64,000 bases of DNA from an uncultured delta proteobacterium (GTDB lineage: Bacteria; Myxococcota_A; Polyangia; Polyangiales; Polyangiaceae): NCBI GenBank assembly GCA_963841435.1, contig CAWJCS010000006.1:1280001-1344000 (forward strand), read 5' to 3'. Made by a program: the position numbers and the translations under genes. Position 1 is the stretch's first letter, and each line of letters begins with the position of its first letter. Below, one piece after another: positions 1-9,306 of this stretch. Below the pieces are notes generated by a model. It ran no database searches and was not told the origin of the DNA. It worked only from the letters and a program-made list of their open reading frames with translations.

Positions 1-1437
1 GTCGTGGCCGGACTCGCGCACGCAGCGATCGTTGGAGAAGAAGGCGTCGATGGCCGCGTCCCGCAACTGTCCGCTCCGGTACGCCTCGGCGACGCCCGCC
101 GCGCAGGCGACGAAGGCGCCCCGTTCGTCGGGCCCGGGTCCCGGCGCTTTGCAGTGCGCGTGAGCGACGGCGTGTGCCTGATAAAACCAATCGAACGCGC
201 CCGGCTCGACCTCGGGGGGCTCGCCGCGGCCCTCGCCGAAGTAGCGCGCGAGGCAAACGTCGCCCTCGCAGGGTGAAAATCGCCGCGGCGGCTTCGACCA
301 CACCTCGCGATACTCGCGCAGCGCGGCGTCAAGGTTCTGGGTGAGCCACGCTCGCCCCGCCTCGTCGTGGGGCATGCGCTGCCACACGCGTCGCAGCATC
401 GAAGTGAAGAACGGCGGCTGCGAGCGCGTGAGGTAGTAGGTGCGGTTGGCGTTCAGGATCTTGCCGTAGCGTTCGATCTCGTAGGCGTGGTTTTCGACCA
501 TCGAGCGCGCGAGCTCGAGGCGTGCGGGATCCTCGAGCAGCCCCCACGTGATGAAGAAGCTGTCCCAGCCGTACATCTCGTTGAAGCGTCCGCCCGGCAC
601 GACGAACGGGCGGCCCACGCCGTCGGGTCCAAGGGCGAGCGTCAAGAGGCCGTGCTCGTGGCGCTGGGTCCGCGCCGCCACCCAGGCGGGCGTGACGTGC
701 TCGGGCAGCGGGAGGACCGCGATTTGGCCGGGCACGGCCGCGTGCTCGAAGACCTCGCGCGCGGCGTCGTCGCTCTTTGGGTAGTAGACGTAGAGCGTGC
801 GCGCCTTCGCGTTGGCCTGCGCAGGCTCGGTCGGTGCGTCGCCGCAGTGGGCCGCGAGCTCGGGGCAGAGCTCCTCGTCGTCGTGCGAGGAGTCGTCGAG
901 CTTCTCGTCGCTGGCCGCGCGAGCAAGTCCCTTCGGATCGGCGTCGATGCGCCGCGTGAGCGCGTCCCAGAAGGCGGAGCGCACGCGCCCCTCGAGATAG
1001 CTCACGGGATCGGCGTGCACGCGCGAAAGATCGAGAGCGACGCGCGGCTCCTGGGCCTTCAGCCTCCGAACGAGCTCCGTGACGAGCTGCGCGGCCTCGT
1101 TGCGCGCGCCGAGCGTGATGGTTTGGCCCTCGACCTCGACGGCGAAGGGGAAAGCCGGTGCAGAGCGGGCGGGAAGGCGCTTTTCGTCGTCGATGGTGAT
1201 GCGGCGGTCGCAATCGCGATCCCGCTCGGCGAGCACCTGACAGAGCAGCACGCGCGCCGGCTCGCGCGAGAGCTCGAGCGTCCCGGTCGCTTCGCGTGCC
1301 CGAGCGACCACGGGCGCCGCCGGCGCGCTCGCGATCGAAAGGGGCGTGGCGGGCCGGCTCGGCTTTTCGCAGGCCGCGCCCGCGAGCGCCAGGAGCGCGA
1401 GCGGACCGAGCGCCCGGGCGCCCGTCGCGGGCCTCAT
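1..1437 (-). CDS. Trehalase (GH37, neutral-trehalase-like), probable lipoprotein; 3' end lies outside the window
   Basis: Not in the ORF track because the frame has no stop in the window. Manual translation from ATG 1437 (ATGA overlap with the GH116 stop): [23 protein letters not shown]..., [12 protein letters not shown] (EF-hand-like), [44 protein letters not shown]. Confidence 0.9.
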   Translation of the reverse strand, partial: [479 protein letters not shown]

Positions 1438-3677
1438 CGCAAGAACTCCACTCGGGGCGCCTCGGCGCCGCGCTCGAGCGCGACCGCGCCCGACACCGGT
1501 GCGCCGCCGACGAGCGCGTGCGACCAGCCGCGCTCGACGCGCACGCGGAGCCGCGTCCCCGCCAGGTCGACGCCGTCGAGTGTGAAGCAAAGGGCGCGAA
1601 ATGGCCTGAGATGAATGAAACGCTCGTCGAGCGTCAGCCCCAGCATGCGGATCAGGTACTCCCACGACGAGGTGTAGCGAGGGTAGGGGGGGAACCTCGG
1701 TGTGTCCTTGCCCCACGTCTCGAGCAAGACGACGCGGCCGTCAGCGTCAACCGCCCGATTCCATTCACCGACGGCGAGGTGGTTCGAGCCGAGGCTTTTT
1801 TCCACCGACTCGAACACGGCGAGGCTTCGGAGCTCGTCGCCGGTGGTACCGAGCAGGGACGCGAGATCGAGCTGGGCGCCGAGCCAGAACGTGCGCGCGT
1901 GGTAACCGGAGACGCGATCGACTTTTTGCCCCGGGAGCATACCGTTGACCCAGCCTCGAAAACCGCTCGGCGCATCGGTGCGTTCGTTGTTCTCGTAGAT
2001 GGTGGTCAGCGTGCGCGCGATCGACGCTTCCGGGAGCACCCCGATGCTCGACGGATCGATCGCCAGCACCCAACGCCCGAACAGCTGATCGGTGAAGATG
2101 GTGTCGGAAAGGCTGGCGTCCGAGGCGCCGGGGGTGCGGAAAAAGCAGCGAAAGTGGCTGCCGCCCTGCTCGGTGAACAGCCGTTCGACCAGGCTCGCCG
2201 AGACCTTCGCGCCGAGCTCGGCGACCGACATCTCACCCACCGAGGCAGGCCGCCCGAGCGTCGTCGCCATGCGTTCGAGCGCGTGCAGCGCGTAGCGCCA
2301 GGCGACGTTCACGTAGGCGCTCGCCCCGGGCATCATCCATTCGTCGTAGCTCTGATTGCCACGCTCGGATACGAGCAACCCCTCGAAGGCGTTGCGGCGA
2401 TAGGCGGTGTTCGCGGCGGCGACCGCGTGGTCGAAGCTCGACGCCAGCCAGTCGCGGTCGTTGAACCAAAGGTGCGCGCGGAACAGCCGCTCGACGTAGG
2501 TGGGCTCTTCGGCGTAGTGCGCGGCATCGGTCCACAGCGAGTGCCAGACGAAGCCGACCTGCTCGCCGTCGGTCGCGATGGCATCGCGGTACATGTCGAG
2601 GTCCAGCCGCTCGAGCTCCGGCCAATTCACGAGGTACACCCAGTTCGCGTACACCGCGACGTCCATGGTGTTGACCCACTCGTGTGGCGATTCGACGGCG
2701 AAAAAATAGGGGTCGTCGCTCAGCAGCGTGCAGGAAACCACCGACGAAAGGCTCGAAAACCAGAGCCGCTTCATGGCCGAGGGCACCCCGTACGAGGCGT
2801 GCCACGCATCGATGCCCGCGGACCACGCGTCGGCGTGGTGCCTCGCGTGCGCGAGCACGGCGTGGACGCCGGCGAAGCGGCGCGCGTAGTCCCGCCGATA
2901 CGTCGCCGTGGCGCACGGTGACGGCGTGCGAAACTCCGGACAGTACCAGGCCACGAGGAAGCGCACGCTCTTGGTCTCCCCCGGCGCGAGCGTCACGCGG
3001 TGGCACACGGCATTTTTGCTGGCAGCACCGCCGGGCGCCGCGAGCCCGACCTCGCCCCCGCGCCACGCCAGCGCGAGCGCGTCCTCGCGCACGGCTCCAG
3101 CGACGACCGACGCCAGGCGCGCTTCGCAGGTGCGCCGGCTCTTGCCGCGGTTCTCGAGGGTCAGCTCGAACACCTGCGCCGGCACCGAGGCGCTCGCGAG
3201 GTCGTGCGGCAAGAGGCCGGAAAAGGCCGTCATGACGACGCCGAGCTCGAGCCCGCTCGCCTCGAAGCGAAAGTACGCCTTCGGCAGCAGGGCGTAGGCA
3301 AACACGCGCTCGCAGTGGCGGCGCCCCTCGGCGTGGGCCGGATCGTCGGCGAAATGCTCGGCGAGCGCGACGCGGTCCTCGCCTTCGACGATTTCGAAAC
3401 CGAACGGCGCGGGATCGGCGGGCTCGGTGAAACCCGGCCCAGGCGCGGGCGGTCCGTCGAATGTTGCGCGCTGGAAACCATGGCGGCCGAAGAGCGAGAA
3501 GCCGCTGCCGAGCGTTCCGATCGGCACGCCCTCGGTGTGGCTCACGTCGATGATGGCGGCATCGAGCGCCGCGCGGCGCATCGCTTCGTCGGCAACGAGC
3601 AACGAAAGCGTTGTCGACGACGGCGTCACCGTGCTGCTTTCGGGATCGGGAAGAGCGTCGGGAGCCACGGGTCCCAC
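1434..3677 (-). CDS. GH116-like glycoside hydrolase (non-lysosomal glucosylceramidase family)
   Basis: 747 aa ORF with GVPIGTLGSG N-terminal motif, FAVES..NTMDV, NQSYDEW and IFTDQLFG motifs resembling GH116. Start uncertain. Confidence 0.7.
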   Translation of the reverse strand: MGPVAPDALPDPESSTVTPSSTTLSLLVADEAMRRAALDAAIIDVSHTEGVPIGTLGSGFSLFGRHGFQRATFDGPPAPGPGFTEPADPAPFGFEIVEGEDRVALAEHFADDPAHAEGRRHCERVFAYALLPKAYFRFEASGLELGVVMTAFSGLLPHDLASASVPAQVFELTLENRGKSRRTCEARLASVVAGAVREDALALAWRGGEVGLAAPGGAASKNAVCHRVTLAPGETKSVRFLVAWYCPEFRTPSPCATATYRRDYARRFAGVHAVLAHARHHADAWSAGIDAWHASYGVPSAMKRLWFSSLSSVVSCTLLSDDPYFFAVESPHEWVNTMDVAVYANWVYLVNWPELERLDLDMYRDAIATDGEQVGFVWHSLWTDAAHYAEEPTYVERLFRAHLWFNDRDWLASSFDHAVAAANTAYRRNAFEGLLVSERGNQSYDEWMMPGASAYVNVAWRYALHALERMATTLGRPASVGEMSVAELGAKVSASLVERLFTEQGGSHFRCFFRTPGASDASLSDTIFTDQLFGRWVLAIDPSSIGVLPEASIARTLTTIYENNERTDAPSGFRGWVNGMLPGQKVDRVSGYHARTFWLGAQLDLASLLGTTGDELRSLAVFESVEKSLGSNHLAVGEWNRAVDADGRVVLLETWGKDTPRFPPYPRYTSSWEYLIRMLGLTLDERFIHLRPFRALCFTLDGVDLAGTRLRVRVERGWSHALVGGAPVSGAVALERGAEAPRVEFLR

Positions 3678-3877
3678 GATAGTAGGAGCTACAACGATCC
3701 GTCAACCGACTCGCGTGCTGACGGTCCGCGCGGGCGCGTCGGCATCATGTCACGACGCGGCCCGCGAGCCGGCCCCGGGATTTCCGTTGTCGCTGAAACG
3801 ATGGGCAATTGTCCGCGTTCGATGACGCGCTGGAGGTATCGTGCGAGCGTCGCGCGGCAGGGGAGCGCGACGGAACC

Positions 3878-6646
3878 ATGACCCAGAAGCCGCTCAAACC
3901 CAAGGCCGCACCGCGGACGAAGCCGCGCGCCGCCGAGCCCATCCGCCGCAACCGTAGCGCGACCCCCGTGCCCGCCGAGGCGCGCCTCCGCCGTCCGCCG
4001 TCCGAGGCTCCCAACTACGAAGCCAAGGAGCTTCGCGGCGCGATCCTCGACCACAAGAACCTCAAGGGCGCGCTGTTGCGGGCAGCCGATCTCGGTCGGG
4101 CGGAGCTTCGCGGTGCCGAGCTCGCCGAGGCGGATCTGTCGGGCGCTTGCATCGATTTCGCCGATCTCACGGGCGCCGTGCTCGACGGAGCGAACCTCTC
4201 GCAGGCCTCTCTCATTCAGGCGCGCGTCGACGAGACCCGCCTGCGTGGCGCCGACCTCAGCTCCGCCAACGCCGCCGAGGCGAGCTTCGCGCGTGCCGAT
4301 CTCACGCGAGCGGATCTCAGCGCGGCGAGCCTGCGCGGCGCATCGTTCGAGGACGCCGTCGTGTGCAGTGCGGATCTGCGCGGTGCCGATTTTTCGCGCG
4401 CAAACCTGCTCCGCGCCGATCTCAGGGGCGCCTTCTACGACCGGGAGACCCGCTGGCCCGAGGGGTTCGATCTGGGCCCCGCGGGGCTGGTCTTCAGTCC
4501 GGAGGAGAAGCTCAACGTCACGCTCACGTCGTTCCGTCCGGGGCAGCCCTACCCGCTGGGCGCGACGTGGGACGGCGCGGGCGTCAACTTCGCCCTGCAC
4601 GCGCCCGGCGCAACGCACGTCAACCTCTGTCTGTTCGATCGAGCGGACGCCCCGCAGGCCACGGCCCGTATCCGCCTGCCAGAGCAAACCGACGGCATCT
4701 GGCACATCTACGTGCCGCATCTCGCGCCGGGCCAGCTCTACGCTTACCGGGTCTACGGCCCGTACAAGCCGGAACGTGGCCTGCGCTTCAATCCGAACAA
4801 GCTGCTGCTCGACCCGTACGCCAAGGCGCTCACGGGCTCCGTCACGTGGGACGACGCGCTCTTCGGCTACCGAATCGGCGCGCCCGAAGGGGACCTCGCG
4901 TTCGACTCGCGCAACAGCGCAGTGTTCATGCCCAAGTGCGTCGTCATCGACGGCGCGTTTCCGTGGGGCGCGGACCGCCCCCCGCGCACGCCGCTCAGCC
5001 AGTCGATCCTCTACGAGCTGCACGTCAAAGGCTTCACCAAGCTCTGCCCCGGCATTCCCGAGGAGATGCGCGGCACCTACCGCGCGCTCGGTTCGAGCTT
5101 CGTCATCGACTACCTGAAGCGGCTGGGCATCACCGCCGTGGAGCTCTTGCCCGTGCACCAGCACGTCGACGATCGCTTCCTCGTCGAGCGGGGGCTCGCG
5201 AACTACTGGGGCTACAACACGCTCTCGTATTTCGCGCCGAACACGCGCTACCGCCACGGCGGCACGCCGGGCAGTGAGGTGCACGAGTTCAAGGCGATGG
5301 TGAAAGCGCTTCACGCCGCGGGCATCGAGGTCATCCTCAACGTCGTGTACAACCACACGGCCGAGGGCAGCCACCTTGGCCCGACGCTCGCCTACCGTGG
5401 CGCCGACAATCTGGGCTACTACCGCACCGTGCCCGGCGACCCGCGCCACTACATGGATTACACGGGCTGTGGCAACACGCTGAACGTTCTGAGCTCGCGC
5501 GCGCTGCAGCTCATCATGGATTCCCTTCGCTACTGGATCCTCGACATGCACGTCAACGGCTTCCGCTTCGACCTCGCGGCGGCGCTCGTGCGCGGCCAGA
5601 ACGAATCCGATCGCCCTTCCGCCTTCTTCGACATCATCACGCAAGATCCCGTGATTTCCGACGTGAAGCTCATCGCCGAGCCGTGGGATCTCGGCCCCGG
5701 GGGCTACCAGGTCGGCAAGTTCCCGCACCTCTGGTCGGAATGGAACGGCCGCTATCGCAACGTCGTGCGCCGTTTCTGGAAGGGCGACGAGGCGCAGGTC
5801 GGCGAGCTCGCCTACCGGCTCTCGGGCTCGAGCGACCTCTACGGCCACAGCGGCCGGCGACCCTACGCCAGCGTGAACTTCGTGACGTCGCACGACGGCT
5901 TCACGCTCGCGGATCTGGTCTCCCACGATCACAAGCACAACGAGCGGAACCAGGACGGCAACCGCGACGGCGACGACAACAATCACTCCTGGAACTGCGG
6001 CGCCGAGGGTCCGACCGACGATCCCGAGGTGAGGTCGTTGCGAAAGCGTCAGGTGAAAAACCTGCTGGCCACGCTGTTGCTCTCCCAGGGCGTGCCCATG
6101 ATCCTCGCGGGTGACGAGTGTGGCCGCACCCAGCAGGGCAACAACAACGCGTACTGCCAGGACAACGAGCTCTCCTGGCTCGACTGGTCGCTCGACGACG
6201 AGCGGCGCTCGCTGCTCGAGTTCGCGCAAAAGCTCGTCGCCATCCGCAAGGCGCACCCGAGCCTCCGACGGCGCCGTTTCTTCTTCGGCCGGCGCGTGCA
6301 CGGGGCCGACATCCGCGACATCGTTTGGCTGCAGCCGAACGGCGAGGAGATGAGCGCGCTCGAGTGGAGCGCCGGCTACGTGCGCTGTCTGGGCGTGCTC
6401 CTGAACGGCGAGGCGATGCACGAGTGGGGGGACGACGGCAGCCTCGTTCGTGACACGCCGCTCCTCGTGCTTTTCAATGCCCACCACGAGTCGATCCCAT
6501 TTTCGGTGCCGGTCTGCGGCGAGCACACGCGCTGGCGCCTCCTCGCCGACACCACGCTCGAGAAGGCAGACCAAAACGCCACGGTCAACAGTGCCGAGCG
6601 CTACCCGCTCGGCGGGCGCTCGCTCGTGATCCTGGAGGCCTGCTGA
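3878..6646 (+). CDS. glgX: Glycogen debranching enzyme GlgX with N-terminal pentapeptide-repeat domain
   Basis: PYPLGATWDG, NYWGYNT, GFRFDLA, LIAEPWD, NFVTSHDGFTL, QQGNNNAYCQDN motifs. About 130 aa of A(D/N)Lxx repeats upstream in the same frame. Confidence 0.93.
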   Translation: MTQKPLKPKAAPRTKPRAAEPIRRNRSATPVPAEARLRRPPSEAPNYEAKELRGAILDHKNLKGALLRAADLGRAELRGAELAEADLSGACIDFADLTGAVLDGANLSQASLIQARVDETRLRGADLSSANAAEASFARADLTRADLSAASLRGASFEDAVVCSADLRGADFSRANLLRADLRGAFYDRETRWPEGFDLGPAGLVFSPEEKLNVTLTSFRPGQPYPLGATWDGAGVNFALHAPGATHVNLCLFDRADAPQATARIRLPEQTDGIWHIYVPHLAPGQLYAYRVYGPYKPERGLRFNPNKLLLDPYAKALTGSVTWDDALFGYRIGAPEGDLAFDSRNSAVFMPKCVVIDGAFPWGADRPPRTPLSQSILYELHVKGFTKLCPGIPEEMRGTYRALGSSFVIDYLKRLGITAVELLPVHQHVDDRFLVERGLANYWGYNTLSYFAPNTRYRHGGTPGSEVHEFKAMVKALHAAGIEVILNVVYNHTAEGSHLGPTLAYRGADNLGYYRTVPGDPRHYMDYTGCGNTLNVLSSRALQLIMDSLRYWILDMHVNGFRFDLAAALVRGQNESDRPSAFFDIITQDPVISDVKLIAEPWDLGPGGYQVGKFPHLWSEWNGRYRNVVRRFWKGDEAQVGELAYRLSGSSDLYGHSGRRPYASVNFVTSHDGFTLADLVSHDHKHNERNQDGNRDGDDNNHSWNCGAEGPTDDPEVRSLRKRQVKNLLATLLLSQGVPMILAGDECGRTQQGNNNAYCQDNELSWLDWSLDDERRSLLEFAQKLVAIRKAHPSLRRRRFFFGRRVHGADIRDIVWLQPNGEEMSALEWSAGYVRCLGVLLNGEAMHEWGDDGSLVRDTPLLVLFNAHHESIPFSVPVCGEHTRWRLLADTTLEKADQNATVNSAERYPLGGRSLVILEAC

Positions 6647-6648
6647 GG

Positions 6649-9306
6649 ATGTCGAAGCCGAGCCGCCGCGCAACCTACCGGGTGCAGCTCGAGCCGACCT
6701 TCGGCTTCCACTCGCTCGCGGGTATCGCCGACTACCTCGAGGGTCTCGGCGTGAGCCATGCGTTTCTTTCGCCCGTGCTGCAGGCGGTGCCGGGCAGCCG
6801 GCATGGCTACGACGTAGTAGACCACCGCGAGGTGAGCCGTGACCTCGGGGGGGCGGACGGTCACGCTCGCATGTGCCAGGCGCTCGCAGCGCAGGGCCTC
6901 GCCCAGCTGCTCGACATCGTCCCGAACCACATGGCGATCGACGAGCACAACCACGCCTGGTGGGACGTGCTCGAGAATGGACAATCGAGCCGTTTTTCTG
7001 CCTATTTCGACGTTGACTGGTCGTCCGCCGAGGAACGACTACGCGACAAGGTGCTCTTGCCGATCCTGGGCAACCACTTCGGGCGCGTGCTCGAGGCCGG
7101 CGAGATCCGCGTGCTCCGCGACGGGGCGGCGTTCGTCGTGGCCTACTTCAATCATCGCGTGCCGGTGGCGCCGCGCTCGCTCGGCGAGCTGCTTGGCGCC
7201 GCGGCGCACCGCTCGGGCTCCGACGAGCTCGCGTACATCGCGGAGGCGTTCGAGCGCCTACCGCTGCCGAGCATCATGGACACGGAGAGCCGCGAGCGTC
7301 GCCACCGTGATCGCGGCGTGCTCGTCGAGCTGTTGCGTCGCTTGCTCGCGAGGGATTCAGCGGTCGCCGAGGCCGTGGACGCCGCCGTCGCGGAGCTCAA
7401 CAACGACGACGACGCGCTCGACGACTTCCTCGGCCGGCAGAATTTCCGGCTCGCGTACTGGCGCGCCGGCTCGCAGGACCTCGGCTACCGGCGCTTCTTC
7501 GACGTCGACGGGCTCGTGGCGCTCAAAATGGAGGATCCGGCCGTGTTCCGCGAGAGCCATCGGCTCGTGCTCGGCTGGCTCACGGAGGGGCTCATCGACG
7601 GGCTGCGCATCGATCATCCCGACGGCCTGCGCGATCCAGAAGCCTATTTCGAGCGCCTGCGCGAGGTGCGGCCCGACGCCTGGGTCGTCGCCGAGAAGAT
7701 CCTCGAGCCGGGTGAGCGCCTGCGTCGCTCGTGGCGCGTCGAGGGCACGACGGGCTACGATTTTCTGAACGTCGCGCTGCGCGTCCTCGTCAATCCCGAG
7801 AGCGAGCCCGCGTTTACGGAGCTCTACCAGGGCTTCACGGGCGACAAGACGGCCTACGAGGAGCATGTGCTCGCGGCCAAGGAGCTCGTCACGCGCGACT
7901 TGCTCGGCAGCGACCTCAACCGCTTGACGACGCTCTTTCTCGGCGCCTGCGAGGGCAGGCGGCGCTTCCGCGACTTCACGCGCCACGACGTGCAGGAGGT
8001 GCTCCGCGAAACGCTGCTGCATTTCCCGGTGTATCGCTCGTACTGTCGCCCCCAGCCCACGACGCTCGACAACGTCGATCTCTTGTGGATCGCCGAGGCA
8101 ATCGGCAGGGGACGCGACCGGCGCCCCGATCTCGATCCGGAGCTGTTCGGGTTTCTCGAGAGCATCCTCACGCTGAGGGTGCGCGGCGAGCTCGAAGGGG
8201 AGATCGTGGGGCGCTTCCAGCAGCTCTCCGCGCCGGTCATGGCCAAGGGCGTCGAGGACACCGTCTTTTACCGGTATTTGCGCTTCGCGGTTCTCAACGA
8301 GGTCGGTGGGACGCCGGACCGCTTCGGCGCGCCGCTCGACGACTTTCACGCGTTCGCGGCGCGCATCGGTCGTGACTGGCCCGAGACCCTGCTCGCGACC
8401 TCGACGCACGACACCAAGCGCAGCGAGGACGTGCGCGCTCGCCTGGCGGTCCTCGCCGACGCGCCCGACACCTGGGTGAGGGCCGTGGAGACGTGGTCGG
8501 CCCGGCTCCGCGCCATCGGGGCGCCGAGCGAGGTGCGCTCGATGGAGTATCTCTTCTACCAAACGCTCGTCGGCGCGTACCCCATCGAGCGGGCGCGGGT
8601 CGAAGCGTACCTCCGCAAGGCGATGCGTGAGGCGAAGGTCGAGACGAGCTGGACCCGCGTCAACGACGCGTACGAGGAGCTCGTGCTCGACCTCGTGGCG
8701 CGCGCGCTCCGTGACGCGGAATTCCTGGCCTCCGTCGAGAGCTTTCTCCCCCCCATCGTCGCGGCGGGGCGCATCAACAGCCTCGCGCAGACGCTGCTCA
8801 AGCTCACGGCCCCTGGCGTGCCCGACATCTACCAGGGCAGCGAGGTCTGGGATCTTTCGCTCGTCGATCCCGACAACCGGCGGCCCGTCAACTATGCGGA
8901 GCGCCGGCGGCTGCTCGCCGAGGTGCTCGTGGCGAGCCCCGAAGCAGCGCTCGCCGGCATGGACCGCGGCCTGCCGAAGCTCTTCGTGCTCCGGCGTGCG
9001 CTGCTACTGCGCAAGCAATGTCCCGAGCTCCTCTCTGGCGACGCGAGCTACGAGCCGCTCCTCGCCGACGGTGAGCACGCGGGGCACGTGCTCGCCTTCG
9101 TGCGCGCCGAGCAGGTGATCACCGTCGTGCCGCGCTTCGGCCTTGCGCGCCGCGGCGCCGAGCTCGACGCGAGCCTCACTTTGCCCTCCGGCACGTGGAT
9201 CGACGCCTTCACCGGCGCCGAGCACGCCGCCGGGCGACGTCCGGTGTCGCGCCTGCTCGAACGCTTTCCCGTCGCGCTCCTCGTCCGTGACGGAGGTGGC
9301 GCGTGA
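6649..9306 (+). CDS. treY: Malto-oligosyltrehalose synthase
   Basis: ATYRVQL, GSRHGYDVVD, DIVPNHM, GLRIDHPDGL, STHDTKRSED, PGVPDIYQG, SLVDPDNRRP. Confidence 0.95.
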   Translation: MSKPSRRATYRVQLEPTFGFHSLAGIADYLEGLGVSHAFLSPVLQAVPGSRHGYDVVDHREVSRDLGGADGHARMCQALAAQGLAQLLDIVPNHMAIDEHNHAWWDVLENGQSSRFSAYFDVDWSSAEERLRDKVLLPILGNHFGRVLEAGEIRVLRDGAAFVVAYFNHRVPVAPRSLGELLGAAAHRSGSDELAYIAEAFERLPLPSIMDTESRERRHRDRGVLVELLRRLLARDSAVAEAVDAAVAELNNDDDALDDFLGRQNFRLAYWRAGSQDLGYRRFFDVDGLVALKMEDPAVFRESHRLVLGWLTEGLIDGLRIDHPDGLRDPEAYFERLREVRPDAWVVAEKILEPGERLRRSWRVEGTTGYDFLNVALRVLVNPESEPAFTELYQGFTGDKTAYEEHVLAAKELVTRDLLGSDLNRLTTLFLGACEGRRRFRDFTRHDVQEVLRETLLHFPVYRSYCRPQPTTLDNVDLLWIAEAIGRGRDRRPDLDPELFGFLESILTLRVRGELEGEIVGRFQQLSAPVMAKGVEDTVFYRYLRFAVLNEVGGTPDRFGAPLDDFHAFAARIGRDWPETLLATSTHDTKRSEDVRARLAVLADAPDTWVRAVETWSARLRAIGAPSEVRSMEYLFYQTLVGAYPIERARVEAYLRKAMREAKVETSWTRVNDAYEELVLDLVARALRDAEFLASVESFLPPIVAAGRINSLAQTLLKLTAPGVPDIYQGSEVWDLSLVDPDNRRPVNYAERRRLLAEVLVASPEAALAGMDRGLPKLFVLRRALLLRKQCPELLSGDASYEPLLADGEHAGHVLAFVRAEQVITVVPRFGLARRGAELDASLTLPSGTWIDAFTGAEHAAGRRPVSRLLERFPVALLVRDGGGA

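Noticed and set aside
3689..6673. Long antisense ORFs such as the 994-aa ORF opposite glgX, and many similar ones
   Set aside because: Shadow frames caused by high GC3 codon bias.
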